Of a DNA stretch of 64,000 bases, positions 37,622 to 46,640 are shown one piece after another; the stretch's first letter is position 1; every line of letters begins with the position of its first letter. This DNA comes from Acidimicrobiia bacterium (lineage in GTDB: Bacteria; Acidobacteriota; Vicinamibacteria; Vicinamibacterales; CAVVIG01). The stretch is from positions 25,032 through 89,031 of the forward strand of contig VFZL01000014.1 in NCBI GenBank assembly GCA_016871175.1. Reading direction: 5' to 3'. The notes beneath the pieces were generated by a model. The model saw only the letters and a program-made list of their open reading frames with translations. It had not been told where the DNA came from and searched no databases. Made by a program: the position numbers and the translations under genes.

Positions 37622-37656
37622 GATGTGGGAGACACACACCACACGAAACCTCGATG
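37622..37656 (-). repeat. copy B of the roughly 35-nt direct repeat (candidate residual template-repeat 3' end)
   Basis: Non-coding position between the avd-like gene and DUF2971. On the minus strand it reads catcgAGGTTTCGTGTGGTGTGTGTCTCCCAcatc, versus copy A catcgGGTTTCGTGTGGTGTGTGTCTCCCCcatc. The single substitution is A in copy B and C in copy A, and copy B has one extra A. Confidence 0.85.
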
Positions 37657-37678
37657 GCGAGCCCTTGGCTACCCGAAA

Positions 37679-38389
37679 ATGGAAAGCGAGACGATCACGC
37701 TACCGCCTCCGGGAGACTTTCGTCGCGTTTACCACATGATGAAGGCGAAATGGGCGCTCGACGCTGTCGAAGACCAACGTCTCAGGGTCTCCAGGTTCGC
37801 TGACCTCAACGACCCCTTCGAGCTGTTCCCGGTCAATCGCCACACTCACGCCGCCCGAAAAGCCTCGAAGGCATTTGCTCGATATTTCTGGGGCAGGCGT
37901 GGCCTTCTGTCCTTCGGTGGCGACTGGTCAAGTCCGGTCATGTGGAGTCACTACGCTGAAAACCATCGTGGCATCTGCCTGGGGCTCGACGTCCGCAGAG
38001 ATAGCCTGGAGCAGGTCTGCTACGAAGCGGAACGTCTGCGCTTCACATTTGACGAACCCTTCGATCCTGCCGCATGGACCGACGATACGTTCCGAACCTT
38101 CGCCTGTACCAAAGGCCAAGACTGGTCCTACGAGAACGAGTTTCGAAGGCTTATCGATTTGTCGAAGGTGGTGTCCGAACCACCGGACTACTTCATTCCC
38201 TTCGACGATGACATGCGTTTGGCGGAAGTGATCATTGGTGAGCGGTGCGAAGCGCCTCTTGCCCCGACCCGTGAACGCGTTTGCGCGACAGCGCCTTCGG
38301 CCGTGACGTTCAAAGCCCGCCTCGCCTACCGATCGTTTCGCGTGGTTCTGAACGGTCGCACGCGGCCACCTGACTCGCCGCAGGGATAG
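37679..38389 (+). CDS. DUF2971 family protein
   Basis: [49 protein letters not shown]...[19 protein letters not shown] matches the DUF2971 pattern (LR.S....lNDP.E ... mWshYa..h.G.c.g.d). Confidence 0.8.
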   Translation: MESETITLPPPGDFRRVYHMMKAKWALDAVEDQRLRVSRFADLNDPFELFPVNRHTHAARKASKAFARYFWGRRGLLSFGGDWSSPVMWSHYAENHRGICLGLDVRRDSLEQVCYEAERLRFTFDEPFDPAAWTDDTFRTFACTKGQDWSYENEFRRLIDLSKVVSEPPDYFIPFDDDMRLAEVIIGERCEAPLAPTRERVCATAPSAVTFKARLAYRSFRVVLNGRTRPPDSPQG

Positions 38390-38806
38390 AACAGCGCGTC
38401 GAACACTGGCGGCCACAGCGGAACGCCCGGTCGCTCAGGCGAAACCTGCGCCGTTGCCGATGCGACACCGAGCGCCGTCACGATGGCCCTGTGTCGACCC
38501 AGGTTCCGACAGCTCCGATCGTCACTCAGTCAACGACGCGGTGACGGACGACCCTCCGCTCGCGTTTGAGCCGGGGCAGGACGGAGGCGTTCCGTCGTGC
38601 CACGAGAGGTGTCGGCGCTGGACACCGACGCGCGTGCCCGCAGCCGTCTTCCCTTGCTACTCGGTGGTGAGCTGCCGCAGAATCGGGCGTGACCACGGCC
38701 CCATCCTCGCTGTCGAAAGGGGGCATGGGGCTGCGTGGGTCCGAGGACGGGCGACAGACCTGATGCGGTGTTCCGCTTCGCAGACAACGCACGATTGGAG
38801 GATGCC

Positions 38807-39679
38807 GTGACACGACGAACGCTGGGCTTCGCGCTGATCACCTTGTCACTGTTGGCCGTGGCCTCGTCTGCGTCGGCGCAGCTCGTCGTCGCCAAGGACG
38901 GCGCCGTGGTGTATGGCCACCATCACCTGAACGTCACGGCGATCGAGCCGCACAAGAAGTTCTTCGTCGATGCGCTCGGCGGGTCAGCCATCAAGATTGG
39001 CACCAACAACCTCGAGATCGTCAAGTTCCCGGGCGTGCTCATCTTCTTCACCCAGCGCGCGCCGACAGGCGGCACGATTGGGACGACCGCCAACCACATC
39101 GGCTTCTCCGTGCCAGACGTGCGGACCGTGGTCGACAGGATAAAAGCGAATGGCTTCAAGATGGTCACCGCCACCGAAGCCGTCGGTCGCCAGGTGAAAG
39201 ACGACATCGCCGCGCCCTTGCAACCCGGCGGAGCGTCCATCGCGTTTGCGCTCGGACCTGATGACGCGAAGGTCGAGCTCGTCGAGGCGCGCCAGCAGAC
39301 CGTCCCGGTCCAACTGCACCACATCCACTTCTTCGCGCAGCAGAACACCGAGATGCAGGCGTGGTACGGGAAGGTCTTCGGCGCCAAGCCACGACGGCCG
39401 GCGGCAGGCGCCGCCTTCGTGTCGTCCGATCTCCCAGGCGTCGCGCTCAACTTCACGCCTTCCCCCACGCCCGTTGTCGGTACGCAGGGACGTGCGGTCG
39501 ACCATGTGGGGTTCGAGGTCCAGAACCTCGACGCGTTCGTCAAGAAGCTCGAAGCGGACGGCATCAAGCTCGAGCGTCCGTACACGAAGGTGGCCGCGCT
39601 CGACATCGCGATCGCGTTTGTCAGGGATCCCTGGGGGACCTACATCGAATTGACGGACGGGCTCGTGAAGGTGCGGTAG
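38807..39679 (+). CDS. secreted tandem VOC (glyoxalase/bleomycin-resistance/dioxygenase) family protein
   Basis: GTG 38807 gives VTRRTLGFALITLSLLAVASSASAQ. There are two VOC-like halves (HHHLNVT...ANHIGFSV and LHHIHFF...VDHVGFEV). Confidence 0.7.
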   Translation: MTRRTLGFALITLSLLAVASSASAQLVVAKDGAVVYGHHHLNVTAIEPHKKFFVDALGGSAIKIGTNNLEIVKFPGVLIFFTQRAPTGGTIGTTANHIGFSVPDVRTVVDRIKANGFKMVTATEAVGRQVKDDIAAPLQPGGASIAFALGPDDAKVELVEARQQTVPVQLHHIHFFAQQNTEMQAWYGKVFGAKPRRPAAGAAFVSSDLPGVALNFTPSPTPVVGTQGRAVDHVGFEVQNLDAFVKKLEADGIKLERPYTKVAALDIAIAFVRDPWGTYIELTDGLVKVR

Positions 39680-39734
39680 GCAAGCTGCACGAGACGCACG
39701 GGTGCGTCAGTTCCTCCTTCGCACGGATGCTGGC

Positions 39735-40745
39735 CTACCGCTTGGTGGTTGCCTCTTTCTCGGCGGCCCGCTGCCCGGAGAGGATGTTCGTCATGCTGTA
39801 GTTCCCCTCGTGGCACGCGTACTCGTACATCGGAAGCTCCGAGCGGCGCAGCGGAATCGCGGCGGTCCAGGGGCTGGTCCACGTCTCCGGATCGATCACC
39901 GTGTACTTGTATTCCAGCGTGTCGGCATCGATGCGCGTTAAGCGCTCGATCAACCGCATGCTCCCGGTCGCGCCTCGCCAACCCCGCTGCTGGTTGAAGT
40001 TGGCGGTTTCGATGGCCAACGTGTCGCCTTCCCAGTGTCCGCGCGAGGCGCCAGACCACTGGCGGATCTGGGGGGGCAGGGCGGGACGTCCGTCAAGCGG
40101 GACGATGCGGGCGGTGTGGATCATTTCGGTGACCAGCGCCACATGATCCTTGGTGAGGGAGATCTGGAGGTTCTGGTTGTAGCCGCCGGGCGTGAGTGGC
40201 GGACCGGCATTGAACCCGACCAGGCACCGGTCCGAGGCGCTGCGGTCCTGCGCCGAATCGGCCGGATGCTCGCGAAGGTAGGCGCGTCGTTCCTCCGCCC
40301 GCCGCTGAGCGGCTGGCGTCAGGGCCGGCAATCGTCCGCTTGGCGGATCGATGACGAGCGAGGTCCGCCGCGTGCCAACCGGCTTGGTGCCGCCGTCCAG
40401 CCAGAAGTTGTTGTAGAAACCGGGTGACCCGTCCTCGCGGAAGTCGACGTTACCGCCGGCGGTCGTCCTCTCGGCCGGACGCTCGTTGAGGCGACGGTTG
40501 CGTTCGATGACATCCTGTTCAGCCTTCGCGGCTTCCTCTTCGGTCAGGAACTCCTTGTTGCCCAGCTCGGCCGGCCGTTCCAGCGGCGTGATGGTGCGGA
40601 AGTCCCAGACACCGCTCAAGTCCGGCTTGCCCCAGGCCGTCCTCGGGACCTTGCTGCCTTGGGCTCCTACAGGCACGGCCAGCCACGACGCCATCACGAG
40701 GACGGCGGCGGCGCGACACACGGAAGCGAGCGGTCGATGGCCCAT
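39735..40745 (-). CDS. conserved secreted hypothetical protein (YEYACHEGNY-motif family), paralog A
   Basis: Start MGHRPLASVCRAAAVLVMASWLAVPVGAQG (ATG 40745). It shares multiple blocks with 59505..60602. Confidence 0.6.
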   Translation of the reverse strand: MGHRPLASVCRAAAVLVMASWLAVPVGAQGSKVPRTAWGKPDLSGVWDFRTITPLERPAELGNKEFLTEEEAAKAEQDVIERNRRLNERPAERTTAGGNVDFREDGSPGFYNNFWLDGGTKPVGTRRTSLVIDPPSGRLPALTPAAQRRAEERRAYLREHPADSAQDRSASDRCLVGFNAGPPLTPGGYNQNLQISLTKDHVALVTEMIHTARIVPLDGRPALPPQIRQWSGASRGHWEGDTLAIETANFNQQRGWRGATGSMRLIERLTRIDADTLEYKYTVIDPETWTSPWTAAIPLRRSELPMYEYACHEGNYSMTNILSGQRAAEKEATTKR

Positions 40746-41030
40746 TTCATCCCCCTGGGAGGTCGCGGCTTTGCGGTTCGATATCACGCCGAGGCTACGG
40801 GGTTCCCTGAGCCGTGTCAAATCGGCAGTCGCAGTGAATAATCAGCCGCTCCAACCGAATTCCAAGCGGGCACCGGATCGACCTCCTGCATTCCGAGGCG
40901 GTGACGCACCTGCCTCCGCATCGTGAAGCCCTGCGCATCTGCGGGGGATCTGCGCCCAGCCTTCGGTCGGGAAAGCTATTGTCCTGGGTCTAGAATTGCG
41001 TCAGTCTTACACGGACACGAGGGTGCCGAC

Positions 41031-42527
41031 ATGCGCAGGACAAGCATTGGTGGCGTCGTCGCGATCGTGCTCTCCGCCGCCGGTCTGGACGGGGCGAGCG
41101 CGGATCTGCGCCTGATCGACGCGGCGAAGCGGTCGGACGTGACCGCCGCGCGCACACTGGTGAAGCAAGGGCTGGACGTGAACACGCGCGCGGGTGACGG
41201 CGCGACGGCCCTGCACTGGGCGGCGTACCGGGATCAGGCGGAACTGGTGCAGCTGCTCATCCGATCGAACGCCGCGGTGAACGCGACCAACGATCTTGGC
41301 GTCACACCCCTCTGGGTAGCCGTCAGCGGCCAGGGCACGGCGACGGTGGAGGCGCTGCTCACGGCGGGCGCGAAGCCGAATCTCGCGCCAGCCACAGGCG
41401 AAACGCCCCTGATGATCGCGTCGCGCACCGGCAATCTCACGGCGCTCAAGCTGTTGCTCGCCCACGGCGCCGACGTCAACGCGAAGGAGGCGGCACGGGG
41501 TCAAACCGCGCTGATGTGGGCCCTGTCGGATCGTCAGCCGCAGGCGGCGAAACTGCTCATCGAAGCGGGGGCCGATCTTCGCGCCCGGACCGTGTCATCG
41601 AAGCAGTTCGTGCAGTTGTGCTGCTCGGAGTACAACGGGGACACCCGGGGCACCGCGTGGGTGGACTACGGGGGATTCACGCCGCTTCTGTTCGCGGCCC
41701 GTGAAGGCGAGCTCGACGCGGCGAGATACCTGCTGGAGGCTGGCGCCGATGTGAACGACGCCGGGGCGGACGGCGCAACCGCCCTCGTGGTGGCTGCCTT
41801 CAGCGGACAGCCGGCCGTGGCGCAGTTGCTCATCGAGCACGGCGCCAATGTGAACGCCGCCGGCGGCGGGTACGCGGCGCTGCACGCGACGGTGCTTCGC
41901 GGCGATCTGAGCCTCGCGAAGTCGCTCATCGCGCACGGCGCGGATTTGAACGTACGGCTCACCAAGGCGACCCAGGCGAGACGGACACATGACGACTTCG
42001 CCTTCGATAAGAAGATGATCGGCGCGACGCCGTTCCTGTTGGCGGCCAAGGACGGCGAGGCCGCGTTCATGCGAGCCTTGGCTGCGGCGGGCGCGGACCA
42101 ATCGATCGGCCGGCTCGATGGCGCGCCGCCGCTGGTCGTGGCCGCGCTGGGCGAGCAGCACGCCAGAAACGCCGTCACCTTCATGGTCGAGCCAGGCCAG
42201 CGGGCAACCCGCGAGGCCGAGCGACGGGCGCTCGAGGCCACAAAGGTCGTGCTCGAACTCGGGGCGGACGTCAACGGCGCGGACAGAGCGGGCGACACCG
42301 CCCTGCACGTGGCCGCGCGTAAGCGGTTCGAGAGCGTCATCCGGCTTTTGATCGACAAGGGCGCCCGCATCGAGCCGAAGAACCAGCTGGGCGAGACGCC
42401 GCTCGCGCTGGCGCTGCGGCCCCTTCCTCCCCCACCGGGCGCTGTGATCGCCACATTCGGCATGGCCCTCACCGACGACGGACCGCGCATCGCCGAGGTC
42501 CTGCGAAGCCTCGGGGCGAAGGAGTGA
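41031..42527 (+). CDS. ankyrin repeat protein (secreted)
   Basis: Signal peptide followed by many G.TALHWAA...LL..GA.VN repeats. Confidence 0.85.
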   Translation: MRRTSIGGVVAIVLSAAGLDGASADLRLIDAAKRSDVTAARTLVKQGLDVNTRAGDGATALHWAAYRDQAELVQLLIRSNAAVNATNDLGVTPLWVAVSGQGTATVEALLTAGAKPNLAPATGETPLMIASRTGNLTALKLLLAHGADVNAKEAARGQTALMWALSDRQPQAAKLLIEAGADLRARTVSSKQFVQLCCSEYNGDTRGTAWVDYGGFTPLLFAAREGELDAARYLLEAGADVNDAGADGATALVVAAFSGQPAVAQLLIEHGANVNAAGGGYAALHATVLRGDLSLAKSLIAHGADLNVRLTKATQARRTHDDFAFDKKMIGATPFLLAAKDGEAAFMRALAAAGADQSIGRLDGAPPLVVAALGEQHARNAVTFMVEPGQRATREAERRALEATKVVLELGADVNGADRAGDTALHVAARKRFESVIRLLIDKGARIEPKNQLGETPLALALRPLPPPPGAVIATFGMALTDDGPRIAEVLRSLGAKE

Positions 42528-42531
42528 CCGG

Positions 42532-45102
42532 ATGGTGAGGCAGACACTCGCGCGCTGGAACGGATCGATCACGATCGTCGCGGTTGGCTGGGCGCTCTGG
42601 TCGCTGCCGACTTCGGTATCCGCTCAGGGCACGCCGAACGCCAGTCGCACCGCAACCTCTCCGGTGCCTGCCGTCGCCACGAACAGCACTGAGGCTGGCG
42701 CGGCGGCGCCCCAGCGCGCGTTGCTCGATCAGTACTGTGTGGCCTGCCACAATCAGCGACTGAGGAGCGGCAATCTGGCGCTCGATACGCCGGACGTGAC
42801 GAAGGTGGGTGCCGAACCCGAGGTCTGGGAACGGGTCGTCCGCAAGCTCCGTCTCAACGCGATGCCACCACCCGGTCGGCCGCGACCGGACGCGGCGTCG
42901 AGCCAGGCGCTTGTCTCGTTTTTGAAGACCGAGATCGACCGGGCAGCCGCTTCCCATCCCAACCCGGGCCGCGTCGACACCTTCCACCGGTTGAATCGCG
43001 CCGAGTACAAGAACGCCGTTCGCGACCTTCTGCTCGTCGACGCGGACGTCGCCTCGCTGCTGCCGGCTGACGACAGCGATCGCCATGGCTTCGACAACAC
43101 GGCCAGCATGTTGTCCGTGTCACCGGTGCTCATCGAGCGCTACCTGTCCGCTGCGAAGAAGATCAGCCGCGTCGCCGTCGGTATGGCCAGCGGCGGGGTG
43201 TCGCGGGACACGTATCAGGCCATCATCTACGAAGTCGAGGACGATCAAGCCAATGCCAGCGACGAGCTGCCGTTTGGATCGCGGGGCGGCGTGGCCGTGC
43301 GTCACACGTTCCCCGTAGACGCCGAATACGAGATCAGCGTGCGCCTGCGCCGCAACGGCTACGACTTCATCGTCGGCTCTGCCGAACCGCATCAGATCGA
43401 GATTCGCCTCGACGGCCAGCGCGTCAGTTCGTTCACCGTCGGGGGCGAGATCAAGGGCACACCCGCGCCGCTCGGGTTCGCCGGGAACCTTCCCGGGTCT
43501 CCCGAATGGGAGCGGTACGTGACGACGTACGACGACAAGCTCAAGGTGCGCGTGCCGGTCAAGGCCGGTGCCCGCAGTGTCGGGGTGTCTTTCGTCTCGC
43601 GGCCGACCAAACCGGAAGGCATCCGTCAGCGACCCGAGACCGTGATGTCGCAGTCGCTGACGTGGGACAACCCGTACGGCAATCCGGCCGTGGAGAACAT
43701 CAAGATCGACGGGCCGTTCCATGCGGCGGGCGTGTCTGACACGCCCAGCCGCCGGCGGCTCTTCATCTGCCAGCCCTCCGGGACGAACGCGAGCGAGGAG
43801 GCCGGCTGTGCGCGGAAGATTCTGGCGCAGGTGGCGCGGCGCGCCTACCGCCGCCCGGTCACCGACGCCGAAGTGGACACGCTGGTCGGCTTCTTTAAGG
43901 CTGGCCGCGGCAAGGGCTTCGACGCCGGCATCGAGCTCGCGCTCGAGCGGATCCTCACCGATCCGAACTTCCTGTTCCGCGTCGAGCGGGATCCGGCGAC
44001 CGCTGCGCCCGGCGCCGCGTACCGGATCAGCGACCTGAACCTCGCGTCGCGGCTCTCCTTCTTCCTGTGGAGCAGCATTCCAGATGACGAGCTCCTCGAG
44101 GTGGCCGTGCGCGAACAGCTGCGGGAGCCGGCCACGCTCGCCCAGCAGGTGCGGCGCATGATGGCCCATCCGAAGGCGAGCGCGCTCGTGGAGAATTTCG
44201 CCGGCCAGTGGCTGCAGCTGCGCAACATCGAACGGGTCGCGCCGAACGAGCGGGCGTTTCCGGAGTTCGGCGAGCTGCTGCGCCGCGCGATGCGGCGAGA
44301 GACCGAGCTGTTTGTCGAACACACCCTGCGCGAGGACCGGAGTCTCCTCGAGCTTCTGACCGCGAACTACTCATTCGTGAACGGGCGGCTGGCACGGCAC
44401 TACAAGATCCCGAACGTGTACGGCGAGCAGTTCCGGCGCGTGACTTTCGACGAGAGCGCGGACCGCGGCGGGCTGCTCGGCCAGGGTAGCCTCCTGACGC
44501 TGACGTCCTATCCCACGCGCACGTCGCCGGTCCTGCGCGGCAAGTGGGTGCTCGAGAACCTGCTGGGAAGCCCACCGCCCCCGCCGCCGCCCAACGTCCC
44601 CGGCCTGCCGGAGCGGGGCGAAGGCGGCAAGGCGGCGTCGGTCCGTGAGCGGCTCGAGCAGCATCGAAAGAACCCGCCGTGCTCGACGTGCCACGCGCCC
44701 ATGGATCCACTCGGGTTTGCGCTCGAGACCTTCGACGCGATCGGCAAGGCTCGGCGCGTGACCGAGGCCGGCTCCCCGGTCGACGCCAAGGGGGCGTTTC
44801 CGACCGGAGAGGTGTTCGAGGGGCTGGCGGGACTCCGGTCCTTCATCCTGGGCCACCGTGATGCCTTCGTCGAGACGGTTATCGAGAAGCTGCTGGCCTA
44901 CGCTCTTGGCCGGGAGATCGAGACCCACGATCACCCCACGATCAGAAAAATCGAGCAGCTCGCGCGCACAACGGACTATCAGTGGTCGTCCGTGATTCTC
45001 GGCATCGTGACGAGCGCGCCTTTTCAGATGCGGACGGCACTGCCGCGGGACGGGCGTGAAGTGGCCGGCGTAGCGGCCCCGGCACGCGGCGGCCAGCGCT
45101 AG
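42532..45102 (+). CDS. DUF1592/DUF1595/DUF1587/DUF1588/DUF1585 multi-domain protein with a cytochrome-c-like CxxCH
   Basis: LLDQYCVACHNQRLRSGNLALD and a C-terminal CSTCHAPMDPLGFALE. It is the classic partner of DUF1552. It ends in a genuine TAG (45100-45102). Confidence 0.85.
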   Translation: MVRQTLARWNGSITIVAVGWALWSLPTSVSAQGTPNASRTATSPVPAVATNSTEAGAAAPQRALLDQYCVACHNQRLRSGNLALDTPDVTKVGAEPEVWERVVRKLRLNAMPPPGRPRPDAASSQALVSFLKTEIDRAAASHPNPGRVDTFHRLNRAEYKNAVRDLLLVDADVASLLPADDSDRHGFDNTASMLSVSPVLIERYLSAAKKISRVAVGMASGGVSRDTYQAIIYEVEDDQANASDELPFGSRGGVAVRHTFPVDAEYEISVRLRRNGYDFIVGSAEPHQIEIRLDGQRVSSFTVGGEIKGTPAPLGFAGNLPGSPEWERYVTTYDDKLKVRVPVKAGARSVGVSFVSRPTKPEGIRQRPETVMSQSLTWDNPYGNPAVENIKIDGPFHAAGVSDTPSRRRLFICQPSGTNASEEAGCARKILAQVARRAYRRPVTDAEVDTLVGFFKAGRGKGFDAGIELALERILTDPNFLFRVERDPATAAPGAAYRISDLNLASRLSFFLWSSIPDDELLEVAVREQLREPATLAQQVRRMMAHPKASALVENFAGQWLQLRNIERVAPNERAFPEFGELLRRAMRRETELFVEHTLREDRSLLELLTANYSFVNGRLARHYKIPNVYGEQFRRVTFDESADRGGLLGQGSLLTLTSYPTRTSPVLRGKWVLENLLGSPPPPPPPNVPGLPERGEGGKAASVRERLEQHRKNPPCSTCHAPMDPLGFALETFDAIGKARRVTEAGSPVDAKGAFPTGEVFEGLAGLRSFILGHRDAFVETVIEKLLAYALGREIETHDHPTIRKIEQLARTTDYQWSSVILGIVTSAPFQMRTALPRDGREVAGVAAPARGGQR

Positions 45103-45115
45103 GAGGACCAGCGTC

Positions 45116-46426
45116 ATGTATATCTCGAAGCTTTCGATTCCGCGGCGCACCTTCCTGCGAGGCGTCGGCACCGCGTTGGCGCTGCCGCTGCTCGATGCGA
45201 TGGTTCCGGCGCTCACCCCCACGGTGAAGACAGCGGCCAAGCCGGTCAAGCGTTTCGGCGTGGTGTACGTCCCGAACGGCATCACGATGGCGGCGTGGAC
45301 ACCCAAAGCGAGCGGGGCTGCGTTCGAGCTGACGCCCATCCTGCAATCGATGGCGCCGGTCCGCGAGCGCATGCTGGTCATCTCGGGGCTCAATGGGGCC
45401 GGCGGATTCGGGCACACCGGTGCCGCCACGGAGTTCCTGACGGGCGTGAAGGTCGAAACCGGCGCAATTGCCGGGCCGTCGATCGATCAGCTGATCGCAG
45501 CCGAGTCCGGGAAAGAGACGCAGCTCTCGTCGCTCGAGCTCGCCATCGATCCGCGCGACGGCACCGGCAATTGCGACGGGCAGAGCTGCGCACTCAGTAA
45601 CACGATTTCCTGGCGCTCGTCGACGCTGCTCCTCCCGATGGAGAACGATCCGCGCATCGTCTTCGAGCGCCTGTTCGGGGACAGTGGCACGAGCGATTCC
45701 GCGGTGCGCCGCGAGCGGCTCCAGCTCGATCGCAGCATCCTCGACTCGGTGACGGCCAGCGTTGCGGATCTGCAGCGCGGCCTCGGAACGGGCGACCGCC
45801 ACCGGATCGTCGAATACCTGGAATCGGTTCGCGATGTCGAACGGCGGATTCAGCGCGCCGAGGAGCAGAGCGCGCGGGAGCTGCCGGTGGTCTCGCAGCC
45901 GGGCGGTATCCCGCGGACGTTCGAGGAACACGCCCGCCTGATGTACGACCTGCAGCTGCTGGCGTTCCAGTGCGACCTGACCCGCGTGACGACCTTCATG
46001 ATGGGCCGCGAGCTGAGCCCACGGACCTACCCGGAGATCGGCATCTTCGAAGCCCATCATCCGCTGTCGCACCATCAAGGCGACCCGATCAAGATCGAGA
46101 ACATCACCAAGCTCAACACTTATCATGTGAGCTTCTTTGCGTCGTACCTGGAGAAGCTGCGGAACACGCCGGACGGCGACGGCTCGCTGCTCGACCACAG
46201 CCTCTTCCTGTACGGCGCGGGGATGAGCGAAGGCAACACGCACGATCACACGAACTTGCCGCTCATGGTCGTGGCTGGGAAGGACTTCGTGCCTGGGGAC
46301 CGTCATCTCATGTTCAACGGCGATCCGGCGGCGAACCTGCTCCTGTCGATCGCCGACAAGATGGACGTCCCCATCGACACACTGGGGAACAGCCGCGGCA
46401 AGCTGCTGTTGCACACGCTGCTCTAG
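45116..46426 (+). CDS. DUF1552 domain protein (Tat-type leader)
   Basis: MYISKLSIPRRTFLRGVGTALALPLLDAM. A GGAGG sits 9 nt upstream of the ATG. Confidence 0.85.
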   Translation: MYISKLSIPRRTFLRGVGTALALPLLDAMVPALTPTVKTAAKPVKRFGVVYVPNGITMAAWTPKASGAAFELTPILQSMAPVRERMLVISGLNGAGGFGHTGAATEFLTGVKVETGAIAGPSIDQLIAAESGKETQLSSLELAIDPRDGTGNCDGQSCALSNTISWRSSTLLLPMENDPRIVFERLFGDSGTSDSAVRRERLQLDRSILDSVTASVADLQRGLGTGDRHRIVEYLESVRDVERRIQRAEEQSARELPVVSQPGGIPRTFEEHARLMYDLQLLAFQCDLTRVTTFMMGRELSPRTYPEIGIFEAHHPLSHHQGDPIKIENITKLNTYHVSFFASYLEKLRNTPDGDGSLLDHSLFLYGAGMSEGNTHDHTNLPLMVVAGKDFVPGDRHLMFNGDPAANLLLSIADKMDVPIDTLGNSRGKLLLHTLL

Positions 46427-46640
46427 GTTGGCTCGAGGTTGGCCTCAGCGCGGTCGTCGCTGGCGATGCGCGCTTGCCGCCGCGCCAGGCATGGCCGCGC
46501 TCGTCGGGGGAGGGATCCGCTCGTGATCTCGATGGTTGGCAGCATGCCTACATGATCACGACGTGGCGTCTCTCGCGCCGTGTGTGGCAGGCCCCGAAAG
46601 GCGCACGGCTCAGCGGCGGAGCGAACGCCAATGCTGCGGG

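Noticed and set aside
37490-37627. A full template repeat hidden in the avd-DUF2971 spacer on either strand
   Set aside because: Manual comparison with the 33392-33530 region found only short GC-rich coincidences (for example cgcgcgcgctg) beyond the roughly 35-nt repeat. There is no extended alignment with adenine-restricted mismatches. A computed local alignment should confirm this.
36650-37642. The 330-aa ORF taken as a full-length reverse transcriptase
   Set aside because: Only the C-terminal 157 or so residues are RT-like. The N-terminal 170 or so residues are the antisense of the Avd-like gene and its flanking spacer, and they lack RT motifs 1-4.
32900-38800. Calling the accessory island a mobile element or prophage
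   Set aside because: I could identify no integrase, transposase, tRNA attachment site, flanking direct repeats or phage structural genes. The only repeat found links the NLR tail to the avd spacer.
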